Of a stretch of 64,000 nt of DNA, positions 46,354 to 54,633 are shown piece after piece. Below the pieces are notes generated by a model. It ran no database searches and had not been told where the DNA came from. It worked only from the letters and a program-made list of their open reading frames with translations. The stretch is from Ignisphaera sp. (GTDB lineage Archaea > Thermoproteota > Thermoprotei_A > Sulfolobales > Ignisphaeraceae): positions 6,190-70,189 of the forward strand of contig JAJHQM010000002.1 of the NCBI GenBank assembly GCA_020833345.1, read 5' to 3'. The position numbers were made by a program, and so were the translations under genes. The number at the start of each line of letters is the position of its first letter. The first letter of the stretch is position 1.

Positions 46354-47739
46354 ATGGTGTTAGGCTTGAGCTTAATAGAGATATTAGCTAAGATAGGACA
46401 GATAATACCATCTGCTCCCAGGCCTATAAAAAGGGTTTCAATAGGTAAGAGGCTTGTTTTTACAGTTCTTGTTGCTATTGCTTACATAATACTTGCATCG
46501 ACAAAGTTATATGGAATTCAAACAGCAGGCCGCGGAGCTCTATCACCTGTAATAAGCATTATATTAGCTATGCAGTCTGGAACTTTTGCACAACTTGGTA
46601 TAGGTCCTATAGTTACGGCTGGACTAATCTTGCAAATTTTAGTAGGAGCAAAGATTCTCAACATAGACCTGAATGATCCTGAAGGTCGTCAAAAGTTTAC
46701 CCTAGCTTCAAAGGGGCTTGGAATAATCCTGGCTATTATTGAAGCAACAGGATTTGTAGTAAGTGGAGTATACTGGTATACGCCACAAGTAGTTTCAGCT
46801 TGGATCAAAATTGCTGTAACTCTTCAGCTCATTTGGGGAGGCATATTAATTATAATGCTAGATGAAGCAGTTCAAAAAGGCTGGGGCATGGGTAGTGGAA
46901 TTAGTTTATTCATATTAATAGGTGTGGCGTGGCGGTTTTTCAGCGAATTGCTTACTCCATATAGTGTTGAAAGTGGAGGGGAAATTTATGGCTTAATACC
47001 GTACATTATTGTAATGGCAAGGAATGGGGCGCTGGACTTTTGGCACGTCTTTATTACAAGGCTAGCGAGAGGGTATCCAACCATTGTAGGACTTGCGACT
47101 TCTATAATCCTCATAATAATTTTGTCTTATCTTAATGCAGCAAGGATAAATATTCCAATAGTAATTAGTAGATATGGTGGTATAAAAACTAAGGTGCCGT
47201 TACAGCTTCTCTATGTAACAAACATACCAGTACTGCTTACAGGAATACTAATATCCGATATAATACTGTTCCTGAATTTGCTTCAAAATCGTATTGGCGT
47301 AGAGGTTGCTAATAAGATTCGAAGTTACTTAACACCACCAACAATGTACCACTTTATATATTCGCCATGGACCTCTATAACCTATGTGATAATATTTTTA
47401 GTGCTTTGCATACTCTTTGGCTTGCTATGGGTTGAAATAGCGGGGTTAAATCCTGAAGCCCAAGCTGAAAACCTTATTAATGCAGGTCTTGATATTCCAG
47501 GTATGAGAAGAAATCCAAAGATCTTGGCATCATATCTTACTAGATACATATATCCATTAACTGTCTTTAGTTCAATAGTTGTTGCAGCAATTTCACTTGT
47601 TGGAGATATATTTGGAAGCTATGGTACGGGTACGGGCATTTTACTAGCTGTTGGGATATTATTCAATTACTATCAGATGCTTCTGTACGAAAGAACTATT
47701 GAGATGTACCCAATGCTCAAAAGACTTGTAGGCGGGTAA
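46354..47739 (+). CDS. secY: Preprotein translocase subunit SecY
   Basis: 461 aa, 10-TM pattern. Follows L15 as in all prokaryotic spc clusters. Confidence 0.92.
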   Translation: MVLGLSLIEILAKIGQIIPSAPRPIKRVSIGKRLVFTVLVAIAYIILASTKLYGIQTAGRGALSPVISIILAMQSGTFAQLGIGPIVTAGLILQILVGAKILNIDLNDPEGRQKFTLASKGLGIILAIIEATGFVVSGVYWYTPQVVSAWIKIAVTLQLIWGGILIIMLDEAVQKGWGMGSGISLFILIGVAWRFFSELLTPYSVESGGEIYGLIPYIIVMARNGALDFWHVFITRLARGYPTIVGLATSIILIIILSYLNAARINIPIVISRYGGIKTKVPLQLLYVTNIPVLLTGILISDIILFLNLLQNRIGVEVANKIRSYLTPPTMYHFIYSPWTSITYVIIFLVLCILFGLLWVEIAGLNPEAQAENLINAGLDIPGMRRNPKILASYLTRYIYPLTVFSSIVVAAISLVGDIFGSYGTGTGILLAVGILFNYYQMLLYERTIEMYPMLKRLVGG

Positions 47740-47742
47740 CAA

Positions 47743-48204
47743 TTGAATAAAGCAGTAGTACTAGCGTTTTTACTAGGCTTTACAGTAAATTCATTAGCTT
47801 TGTACGGGGTAATAACTATCATAAAGCGCCTCAGCAAAGTCCAGTATAGTACAAGAATTGAAAGATCTGTAAGAAAGGCGTATATAAGTAGAAAGAAACG
47901 TGAGGCAGTATCAATGCAGATTAAGAGGATTAGAAGTGAGGTTTTTAGGCTTTCTGTGTTTCAGTTTATAATTCCCTTTACCTCTTATATACTTGCGCTT
48001 GTACTATATATGGTATTGACACTTATTTTATTTAAAGAATATATTGCATTTATTCCAATTAAAGGTGCGTGTTTAGCTCCTTTACCAATAGAATACCCAG
48101 AATCCTTAAACGCGTGTTCGGTATCATCAATGTGGATTCACTTCTTAATCTTTATTCTGTATCTTCCTCTATATGATTACTATGTAAGGAAATATTTTAA
48201 GTGA
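47743..48204 (+). CDS. Three-TM membrane protein, possible DUF106 / archaeal YidC-Oxa1-like insertase
   Basis: TM1, then a long basic predicted coiled region (KRLSKVQYSTRIERSVRKAYISRKKREAVSMQIKRIRSE), then TM2 and TM3. Located between secY and rpl34e, where a DUF106 gene sits in other Crenarchaeota. Confidence 0.4.
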   Translation: MNKAVVLAFLLGFTVNSLALYGVITIIKRLSKVQYSTRIERSVRKAYISRKKREAVSMQIKRIRSEVFRLSVFQFIIPFTSYILALVLYMVLTLILFKEYIAFIPIKGACLAPLPIEYPESLNACSVSSMWIHFLIFILYLPLYDYYVRKYFK

Positions 48205-48292
48205 AATTATAAAGAATTGAATTAAAAGCTTATAAGTATGTAAATACATATAAAGGTGAAGCTCAAAGTAGTTAGGAGACAGGTGATGCAAA

Positions 48293-48568
48293 ATAGTAAG
48301 ACCTGCGCAGCGTTCAAGATCTTACAAGAGAGTATGTAGAAGGACCCCTAGCGGAAAAAGAGTAGTTCACTACGAGAGGAGGAAGAGGACATTAATGAAG
48401 TGTGCTAGATGTGGAGCTGTACTAAATGGTGTACCCGCAACAGACTATGAAAGAAGAAAACTTCCAAAATCCTCTAAAAGACCAGAGAGAATGTTTGGGG
48501 GGTTTCTCTGTCCACGTTGCTTAAGAGAAGTTCTAAAAGATGTGGTGAGAGCAGCTGTGCCTAAGTAA
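48293..48568 (+). CDS. rpl34e: 50S ribosomal protein L34e (no canonical start codon; start placed provisionally at ATA 48293)
   Basis: Own translation of frame 48287-48565: (CK)IVRPAQRSRSYKRVCRRTPSGKRVVHYERRKRTLMKCARCGAVLNGVP...KRPERMFGGFLCPRCLREV. In-frame TGA at 48284-48286. Confidence 0.8.
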   Translation: MVRPAQRSRSYKRVCRRTPSGKRVVHYERRKRTLMKCARCGAVLNGVPATDYERRKLPKSSKRPERMFGGFLCPRCLREVLKDVVRAAVPK

Positions 48569-48569
48569 C

Positions 48570-49112
48570 ATTGTCATAGCGATTGGAGGTCCTCCTGGTA
48601 GTGGTAAAACAACTATAGCAAAACTTTTAGCTCAAAGGCTTAGCATGAGGCATGTTTCCATAGGGCAGATTTTTAGGAAGTTAGCTGAAGAAAAAGGTTT
48701 AACATTAACTCAACTCACGCAACTTGCTGAAAGAGATCCATCTATAGATCTAATGCTAGACTCTCTTGCTAGAAAGGAGGCTGAGAAGGGCAATGTTATT
48801 ATAGATGGTCATGCTGCTCCGTGGCTTTTAAAAGACTTAGCAATACTGAGAGTGGCTATAGTAGCGAGTTTCAACATCAGGGTTAAGAGGCTTGCTGAAA
48901 GAGATGGTAAGCCACTTGATCAAGTTATAAATGAGACAGCATTGCGAGAGGAGATTGAAAGAAGAAGATACTTAAAATGGTATAACATAGATATTAAAGA
49001 TTTTTCCGACTTTGATTTAATAATAAATAGTGAGAAGTTTACACCAAATGAAATAGTTGAAATAATACTTAAGGCGCTCGATATTATATGTAAAAAATCC
49101 TGTCAAAGGTAA
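48570..49112 (+). CDS. cmk: Cytidylate kinase, archaeal type (no canonical start before P-loop; start placed provisionally at ATT 48570)
   Basis: The frame upstream of the ORF-track ATG (48645) encodes (I)VIAIGGPPGSGKTTIAKLLAQRLS, the P-loop. In-frame TGA at 48546-48548. Confidence 0.8.
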   Translation: MVIAIGGPPGSGKTTIAKLLAQRLSMRHVSIGQIFRKLAEEKGLTLTQLTQLAERDPSIDLMLDSLARKEAEKGNVIIDGHAAPWLLKDLAILRVAIVASFNIRVKRLAERDGKPLDQVINETALREEIERRRYLKWYNIDIKDFSDFDLIINSEKFTPNEIVEIILKALDIICKKSCQR

Positions 49113-49148
49113 GAGGCCATTACCTTACACAGCAAATGGCGCATTAAT

Positions 49149-49862
49149 ATGAATAATGCACGACAAGCTTTTAAAGTAATAGAATCTCTTACTCCCATCA
49201 TTGCGTTAATTCTTGTAAGCATCTTTATATTTTACTTTAGAAAATCATTAATTAGATTCTTCATCAGCATGAATTTTTTACTAGCATCGTTACTTATCTC
49301 ATTTATAGCGTCTGTATCGTTATTTCCAATACCATACACATACATATTATTCATAATAGCTTCTATTTATCATCTAAACATAAGCTACATAATGCTTCTA
49401 GCAGTTGTAAGTGGGCTGGGCTCAGCCTTGGGCGAGGCTGTAGCATGGATTATGGGAAAAATTGGTGGAGAGGTATTAAAAAGCACGCAGTACTTTAAAA
49501 GAATACATGCATTACTTGAGCTAACTAATGCGTTGGGTTTTAAAATATTAGCACTTTTAGTATTTCTTTTTTCATTTACACCTTTACCAGATAAGGTACT
49601 GTATTTACCATTGGGTATGATGGGGTACAGCCTCCAGAAAATCCTGCCAATAACTATCATTGGAAAGATTACCATGACATTTTCAGTACTCATTGCAGGA
49701 AGGGTTATTGGTGAGGTTTTCAAAGAGTTAACTATAGAGAACGAACTCCTCGTCTTTATTGCTATGACCTTGCTACTCATAATTGTAATGGTTCTTACAA
49801 TGTTTATAGAATGGGACAGAATATTAATGAGGTTTTTCCATCAAGCTAAAACGAAGAAGTAA
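49149..49862 (+). CDS. Integral membrane protein (possibly DedA/VTT-like)
   Basis: 237 aa with multiple TM segments; weak family assignment. Confidence 0.35.
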   Translation: MNNARQAFKVIESLTPIIALILVSIFIFYFRKSLIRFFISMNFLLASLLISFIASVSLFPIPYTYILFIIASIYHLNISYIMLLAVVSGLGSALGEAVAWIMGKIGGEVLKSTQYFKRIHALLELTNALGFKILALLVFLFSFTPLPDKVLYLPLGMMGYSLQKILPITIIGKITMTFSVLIAGRVIGEVFKELTIENELLVFIAMTLLLIIVMVLTMFIEWDRILMRFFHQAKTKK

Positions 49863-50124
49863 AGCGCCATCTGAAAGGCTTTTAGGCTGTATTTATAGAG
49901 TTCTCTTAGCTATGCATTTAGAAATATATTATCAGTTAATCAAATGGCTTATAGATCTAGAGATTTCAATAAATTGAGAATACTAATAAGCTTGAATTCT
50001 TTAGAAATTTGTAAATGATAGTGTATAAGCCATTCTCACAGTGCTAAAAGCATTGAAAGATGCTTGCAAAAACAATTTGCTTTTAGAATGTAAACGTAGG
50101 AACTTGACGTGGTGAAGACCTACC

Positions 50125-50892
50125 TTAGCTAATTCTTGTTAAGTAATTTTGCAAAGCCGAGAGAAGACATTTTGTTGATTGTGATGCTCTGTAAGGTAAG
50201 GCTATTTTTGCTACTCTTTTTACTTCTTCATCAGCATCGCCTACAGCAACACCTATTTCAACGCTTTTAATCATATCTATATCAACAATGCTGTCACCTA
50301 TTGCGATAGCTTTTTTCAAGTCTATATGTAGTCTTTCAGCGAGAATTTTTATTGCAATACCTTTGCTACAGTATTTAGGGTATATATGTAGAGCATAACC
50401 TGTGTAGTGTGCATTTATATGTGGGTATCTTTCCATAATCGCTCTTTCAAGTCTTCTTATACTTTTATGATCTGCCTTTAAATATTCAGGTATGTGTAAA
50501 GCTCTATCGCAAAGTCTATATAAATTACTTGGGGACTTCTTTAATGAGAAGAACTTTTCAATTTCATCAGCAACTTCGTCTAAAGTCTCTTTACACAATT
50601 TAATTAATTCATTATTTACATGAATAACGCACCCGTTTTCAGCTATGAATGACGGTGAAAAACCTAGATATCTTTGAAGAGCTAATACAGTTGGATATGC
50701 ATTTCCAGAAACAAGGTGTACAGAAACTTTATAGTGCATCAATCTTCTAAGCATGTTTATAACCTCTAAGTCGAGATCACAAGAACCTCTTTCAATAGTT
50801 ATTACACCATCTATATCAATGAAAAGAGCTGATGGTTTTAAGCCGCTCAGATACTTTGCTAGTATTACCTCAATTTCTGTAAAACTGCTCAA
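50125..50892 (-). CDS. HAD-superfamily hydrolase, subfamily IIB (phosphoglycolate/sugar phosphatase-like)
   Basis: Motif I LFIDIDGVIT. Motif IV AIGDSIVDIDM. Cap-domain-sized insert. Confidence 0.6.
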   Translation of the reverse strand: MSSFTEIEVILAKYLSGLKPSALFIDIDGVITIERGSCDLDLEVINMLRRLMHYKVSVHLVSGNAYPTVLALQRYLGFSPSFIAENGCVIHVNNELIKLCKETLDEVADEIEKFFSLKKSPSNLYRLCDRALHIPEYLKADHKSIRRLERAIMERYPHINAHYTGYALHIYPKYCSKGIAIKILAERLHIDLKKAIAIGDSIVDIDMIKSVEIGVAVGDADEEVKRVAKIALPYRASQSTKCLLSALQNYLTRIS

Positions 50893-51247
50893 TTCGGATC
50901 ATCATAAGATTTAAAAATGCAAAGAGTTATGTGTTTTTCTAAGCCCTTAGACCTTTTAACACGATCCTAGACAAATATATGAAATCTCAATGTAGTATAG
51001 AACTGCAAAATGAAGTCAATTCACTAAGTATCTTAGTATCTTAAATTATCATACTCATAAGAGTATCCCACCTTCACAAAGTATGTAGATATGCATGATA
51101 ATTTTAATTAGGAGCAATCATTTTTGGTTAACTTAGAATTGTTTCATTTAATAAAGTCAATATAAAACAATGAAAACGTGTAGAAAAGGCGTCACGTTTT
51201 AACTATGAAATTAAAAATTAAGTATAATTTAAAAAAACACTGTATCA

Positions 51248-51322
51248 GGGCCCGTAGCTCAGTCAGGATAGAGCGCCGGCCTCCGGAGCCGGCGGCCCCG
51301 GGTTCAAATCCCGGCGGGCCCG
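51248..51322 (+). tRNA. tRNA-Arg (anticodon CCG), no encoded CCA
   Basis: Acceptor GGGCCCG/CGGGCCC. Anticodon stem CCGGC/GCCGG with loop CTCCGGA. T-arm CCGGG-TTCAAAT-CCCGG. Discriminator G. Confidence 0.9.
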
Positions 51323-51396
51323 CTACTTTTCATCAATTCTTCTTGCGCATCTTTTTAGCACCTCAAATTTAATAGATGTAAACACGAATATATGAG

Positions 51397-51457
51397 GGGA
51401 ATCGGTGAACCACCCAAAGGGGAGCACTAGTCCTTCAGGGCGGGGAGGAGGTCAGAT
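51397..51457 (+). mobile_element. Short TnpB 3'-end / omega-RNA-like repeat fragment, copy C
   Basis: GGGGAATCGGTGAACCACCCAAAGGGGAGCACTAGTCCTTCAGGGCGGGGAGGAGGTCAGAT parallels the 3' ends of copies A (..CCACCTCTTCAGAGCAGGAGGAGATCAGAT) and B (..CCACCCTTTAGGTCAGGTAGGAGATCGAT). Confidence 0.4.
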
Positions 51458-51759
51458 TATCACTCAAGGGCGAGTTTGTGTATAGCCATTTAAAATATTG
51501 TGAAGATATTGAGTCTCAATATCAGAAAGCCGTAAAGGAGGCTAATAGGATGCCAAGAAAGTACTAAAAGCCTGTTAAAAGAATTATAGTGCTGCAATAA
51601 ACATGGGAGAGGTTAAGGTTGAGAGGGAGGTTGACGAGAGGTAGTCGTAGCTTAATGGAGAGGTTGTAAGATGTATTGTATAAATGCACTCAAGGTCTCT
51701 TTTTCACCGGCGGTTAATGTAAATAGTGTTTCATGTTTATGAATTTGATAGTTTTGGAG

Positions 51760-51847
51760 TGGCGCCGGGGGCGGGATTTGAACCCGCGCGGGGTGTTCCC
51801 CCACCGGCTCTCAAGGCCGGCCCCTTAGACCGCTCGGGCACCCCGGC
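51760..51847 (-). tRNA. tRNA-Ser (anticodon TGA), class II with long variable arm, CCA encoded
   Basis: Minus strand GCCGGGGTGCCCGAGCGGTCTAAGGGGCCGGCCTTGAGAGCCGGTGGGGGAACACCCCGCGCGGGTTCAAATCCCGCCCCCGGCGCCA. Acceptor GCCGGGG/CCCCGGC, anticodon loop CTTGAGA, 16-nt variable arm, discriminator G. Confidence 0.88.
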
Positions 51848-51889
51848 GCTCTCTAATCCTGACTAGTATTTTTATTCGCATTTTTATTT

Positions 51890-52504
51890 TTAGCTGTTCA
51901 TAGGGTTGTTTCGGGATAGCAATACTTTGTATCCTTTTTTTGAAGTTCTTAGCTCTACATTGCCAAATACTTGTTGCATTAAGTTCTTAACGCTTTCAGC
52001 TCCTTTTCTAACAACAATTTGTAAAGATCCGCCTGGTTTTAGGTAATGCGGCGCTTCAGTTATTATTCTTTCTACTATATACATTCCTGCAGCAAATGGT
52101 GGATTGCTGTAAATGGCTTCAAAGGTCATGTTTTTAACAGGGTCGTAAACATCTCCCTGCAGTACTATAACTCTATCTTTTTCTAAACCATTTCTTTCAA
52201 CATTTCTTTTTGCTAGCCTAACCGCCTCCTTATTTATGTCAACCATATAAACCTTTAGTTTTGGATTTAGCTTTGCTAGTGTAATTCCTATAACACCATA
52301 ACCACAGCCTACATCAAGCACTGTTCCTTCAGATGGTATTTCTGCATATTCGAGTAGGAGTTTTGTTCCTTCATCTACATGCTCGTATGAAAAAAGACCT
52401 GGAGTAACTTCAAATTCTATTGTAATTCCCCTAATTATATCTGAGATAATCATGTATTGTGTAGTTCTTTTGCGGGAATACTTATAATAATGATTATTGC
52501 TCAT
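51890..52504 (-). CDS. Class I SAM-dependent methyltransferase (RsmC/MJ0882-like small-domain MTase)
   Basis: VLDVGCGYGVIG (motif I) and NPPF (motif IV). ORF-track start 52573 overlaps cbf5; the Met at 52504 is more plausible. Confidence 0.6.
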   Translation of the reverse strand: MSNNHYYKYSRKRTTQYMIISDIIRGITIEFEVTPGLFSYEHVDEGTKLLLEYAEIPSEGTVLDVGCGYGVIGITLAKLNPKLKVYMVDINKEAVRLAKRNVERNGLEKDRVIVLQGDVYDPVKNMTFEAIYSNPPFAAGMYIVERIITEAPHYLKPGGSLQIVVRKGAESVKNLMQQVFGNVELRTSKKGYKVLLSRNNPMNS

Positions 52505-53287
52505 ATTTTTCTTCCTTCTTAGTCTTTTTCCATAACGGTGGGTAGACACTTCTGTCCATAACAACTCGCTCAATCTTTACTGCTACTCCTCTCTCAATAT
52601 TAGCAATTTCCTCTGCTTCCATAGTACTCCTACCTATAGCTACAAGCTCTCCCTTTAATGTAAATATTGCTACTCTTTCACTTTTTTTAACATCATGTGA
52701 GAGCATTACTATGCCTGGCACTGCCAATTGGGCTCCATGTGCAACGGCATCAACAGCTGAATCCTTTATGATAATTTTTGGTAAATGTGCTACAACGTAC
52801 TCTATCGGCAAAACAACTTTGCGAAGAAGAGTATCATCACCATACTTTCTCCACAGATATACAGCTTCACTAACATCATGCAGCGTTACAATAGGTAATT
52901 CCTCTCTTATGTGAGCTACAGCAACTCTTCTCAGCTCTCTCATGTGAGCTTCAACACCTAAAATAAGCCCTATATCATGGCACAGCTTCCTTACATAAGT
53001 TCCAGACTCACATCTAATTTTAAAAAGGACATGTCTATTCATGACTTCAAGTAATTCTATTGAATAAATTTCTCTTATTCTTAAAGACCTCTTGACCGAG
53101 GATCTTAAAGGGGGTTTTTGATAGACTTTTCCTGTAAACATTTTAAAAACTGTATGGAGTTTCTCTAAATCTACATCGTCATGAAGCTCCATGAGTGTAA
53201 CATATTCTTTGCTTGAGTGCATTAACACTCCTATAACTCTCGTTGCCTTCCCCAATGCTATGGGTAGTACCCCAGTTACCTTGGGGT
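52494..53287 (-). CDS. cbf5: tRNA/rRNA pseudouridine synthase Cbf5, exon 2
   Basis: (D)PKVTGVLPIALGKATRVIGVLMHSSKEYVTLMELH... through the PUA domain. Joined to exon 1 after removal of 53288-53324. Confidence 0.85.
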
Positions 53288-53324
53288 ATCCCCACCCAAA
53301 CCACTAATCTTGGTGGTTTGGGTT
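53288..53324 (-). other. 37-nt bulge-helix-bulge intron in cbf5 pre-mRNA
   Basis: mRNA sense AACCCAAACCACCAAGAUUAGUGGUUUGGGUGGGGAU. Outer helix GGGG/CCCC, central helix CCCU/GGGG, bulges AG^A and AU^A, 11-bp inner helix. Removal restores the frame and the GGTLDPKVTG motif. Confidence 0.75.
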
Positions 53325-53586
53325 CTAGGGTCCCCCCATGACCAGCCTTTTCAATACTAAACATCTTTTTGATCCACGCAACAACTTCATGACTTGTAGG
53401 TCCAGGCGGCTTATCTAGGGGTATAAAACCATATTCTATGTACAGATTAATTGGTCTCTCAAAAGGATAATGACCATATCTTTCATCAGTTGCCTCTTCG
53501 GACTTAACTATATAACGGGAATCTCTATGAGCAAGTTTATCTAGCTCCCTTAAAAACTCCATACCTTTGCTTATTAAAACACTCAA
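53325..53586 (-). CDS. cbf5: Pseudouridine synthase Cbf5, exon 1
   Basis: ...GFIPLDKPPGPTSHEVVAWIKKMFSIEKAGHGGTL(D). True start may be the ATG at 53562 (MEFLREL). Confidence 0.85.
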
Positions 53587-53671
53587 GGAAAATCACCTTG
53601 GTGAGCAGGGCTAAGATTACCAATACACTATAATGCTAAGCAAATTTTTATTTAAAATGTTTTTAATTAAT

Positions 53672-53974
53672 CTATTTTTTAAGTAATGTAGGTACTAATT
53701 TAACCTTTATTCTTTCCTTCATGAACTCTATAAATCCTGACTTTTCTAATGTTTTTAACACTTCTTCGTCTGAAGCCCCTTTCTGAATATCTATTTTTTT
53801 ATCTAAAACTTCTATGTGATTAACATTGCATCTTCTTCTCTTTATGCCAGTTAGCTGCTTGGGTCCTGTTATTAGTACAAAGTTTTCATCAATTATGTCA
53901 ACTATAACGCATTTCCTACCCGCCTCTCTACCAGCTATTTTTACACATATCCTACCTACTTCTATTGCAGGCAT
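53672..53974 (-). CDS. rpl14e: 50S ribosomal protein L14e
   Basis: [39 protein letters not shown], a KOW-type L14e. Confidence 0.88.
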   Translation of the reverse strand: MPAIEVGRICVKIAGREAGRKCVIVDIIDENFVLITGPKQLTGIKRRRCNVNHIEVLDKKIDIQKGASDEEVLKTLEKSGFIEFMKERIKVKLVPTLLKK

Positions 53975-54103
53975 GGATGCAATACCCTCATGAATATTAT
54001 TTACTAACTTTTATAAAGGGTTTTTAAACTATGTTAAACTAATCCAAGTTTTATCTGTAAGTACGGAAGATTTTTGTTATGTGACTAGAAAGGTGCAGAT
54101 GTA

Positions 54104-54364
54104 TTGAGGATTAAAGTAAAGCTATTTTCGATATATAGAGAAGTATTTAAATCACATGAAATAACGCTGGAATTCAATAAACGTGAAGAAACAGTTGAAA
54201 GCATTTTAAATACATTAATTGTAATTAATGAAAGATTTAGTAAAATTATTAGGGAATTTCCTCCAATAATATTAATTAATGGAGTTCCTTCACAGAAATC
54301 AGATAAGATATATGAGGATAGTGAGGTAGTGTTACTTCCACCTGCATCTGGAGGACTAGGTTAA
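54104..54364 (+). CDS. MoaD/ThiS-family ubiquitin-like beta-grasp protein with GG followed by a 2-residue tail
   Basis: 86 aa with a TTG start. MRIKVKLF...EVVLLPPASGGLG. The PPxSGG end is typical of MoaD/SAMP, but two extra residues (LG) precede the stop. Confidence 0.6.
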   Translation: MRIKVKLFSIYREVFKSHEITLEFNKREETVESILNTLIVINERFSKIIREFPPIILINGVPSQKSDKIYEDSEVVLLPPASGGLG

Positions 54365-54575
54365 AATAGTTACCAGCACATCCACAAATAATAAACCCTG
54401 TTTCTAATACAGCGCTACATGTTGCAATAAGTTGTGAAAGGTAATTATTGAAAACAACTTATAAATTTGAAGCACAGTCTCATGACATGAAGAATTTAGC
54501 TAGAAACTATATACATAATACCTTATTATCCTATGAAATTATTAATAGTTAGAATAAATACTCCGCATTTACGAG

Positions 54576-54633
54576 TGCTATGATGATATGTAGCAAAGCT
54601 GAAGTAGATGTTGAGGGGCTCTAATCTGATTTT
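54576..54633 (+). ncRNA. Candidate C/D-box sRNA
   Basis: C ATGATGA (54580-54586), 12 nt, D' CTGA (54599-54602), 5 nt, C'-like ATGTTGA (54608-54614), 11 nt, D CTGA (54626-54629). The 3' end overlaps the stop region of the convergent HIT gene. Confidence 0.55.

Noticed and set aside
52494-53586. cbf5 as a frameshifted pseudogene or two separate genes.
   Set aside because: The disruption is exactly a 37-nt BHB-folding insert whose removal restores both the frame and the catalytic motif. Both halves are otherwise intact.
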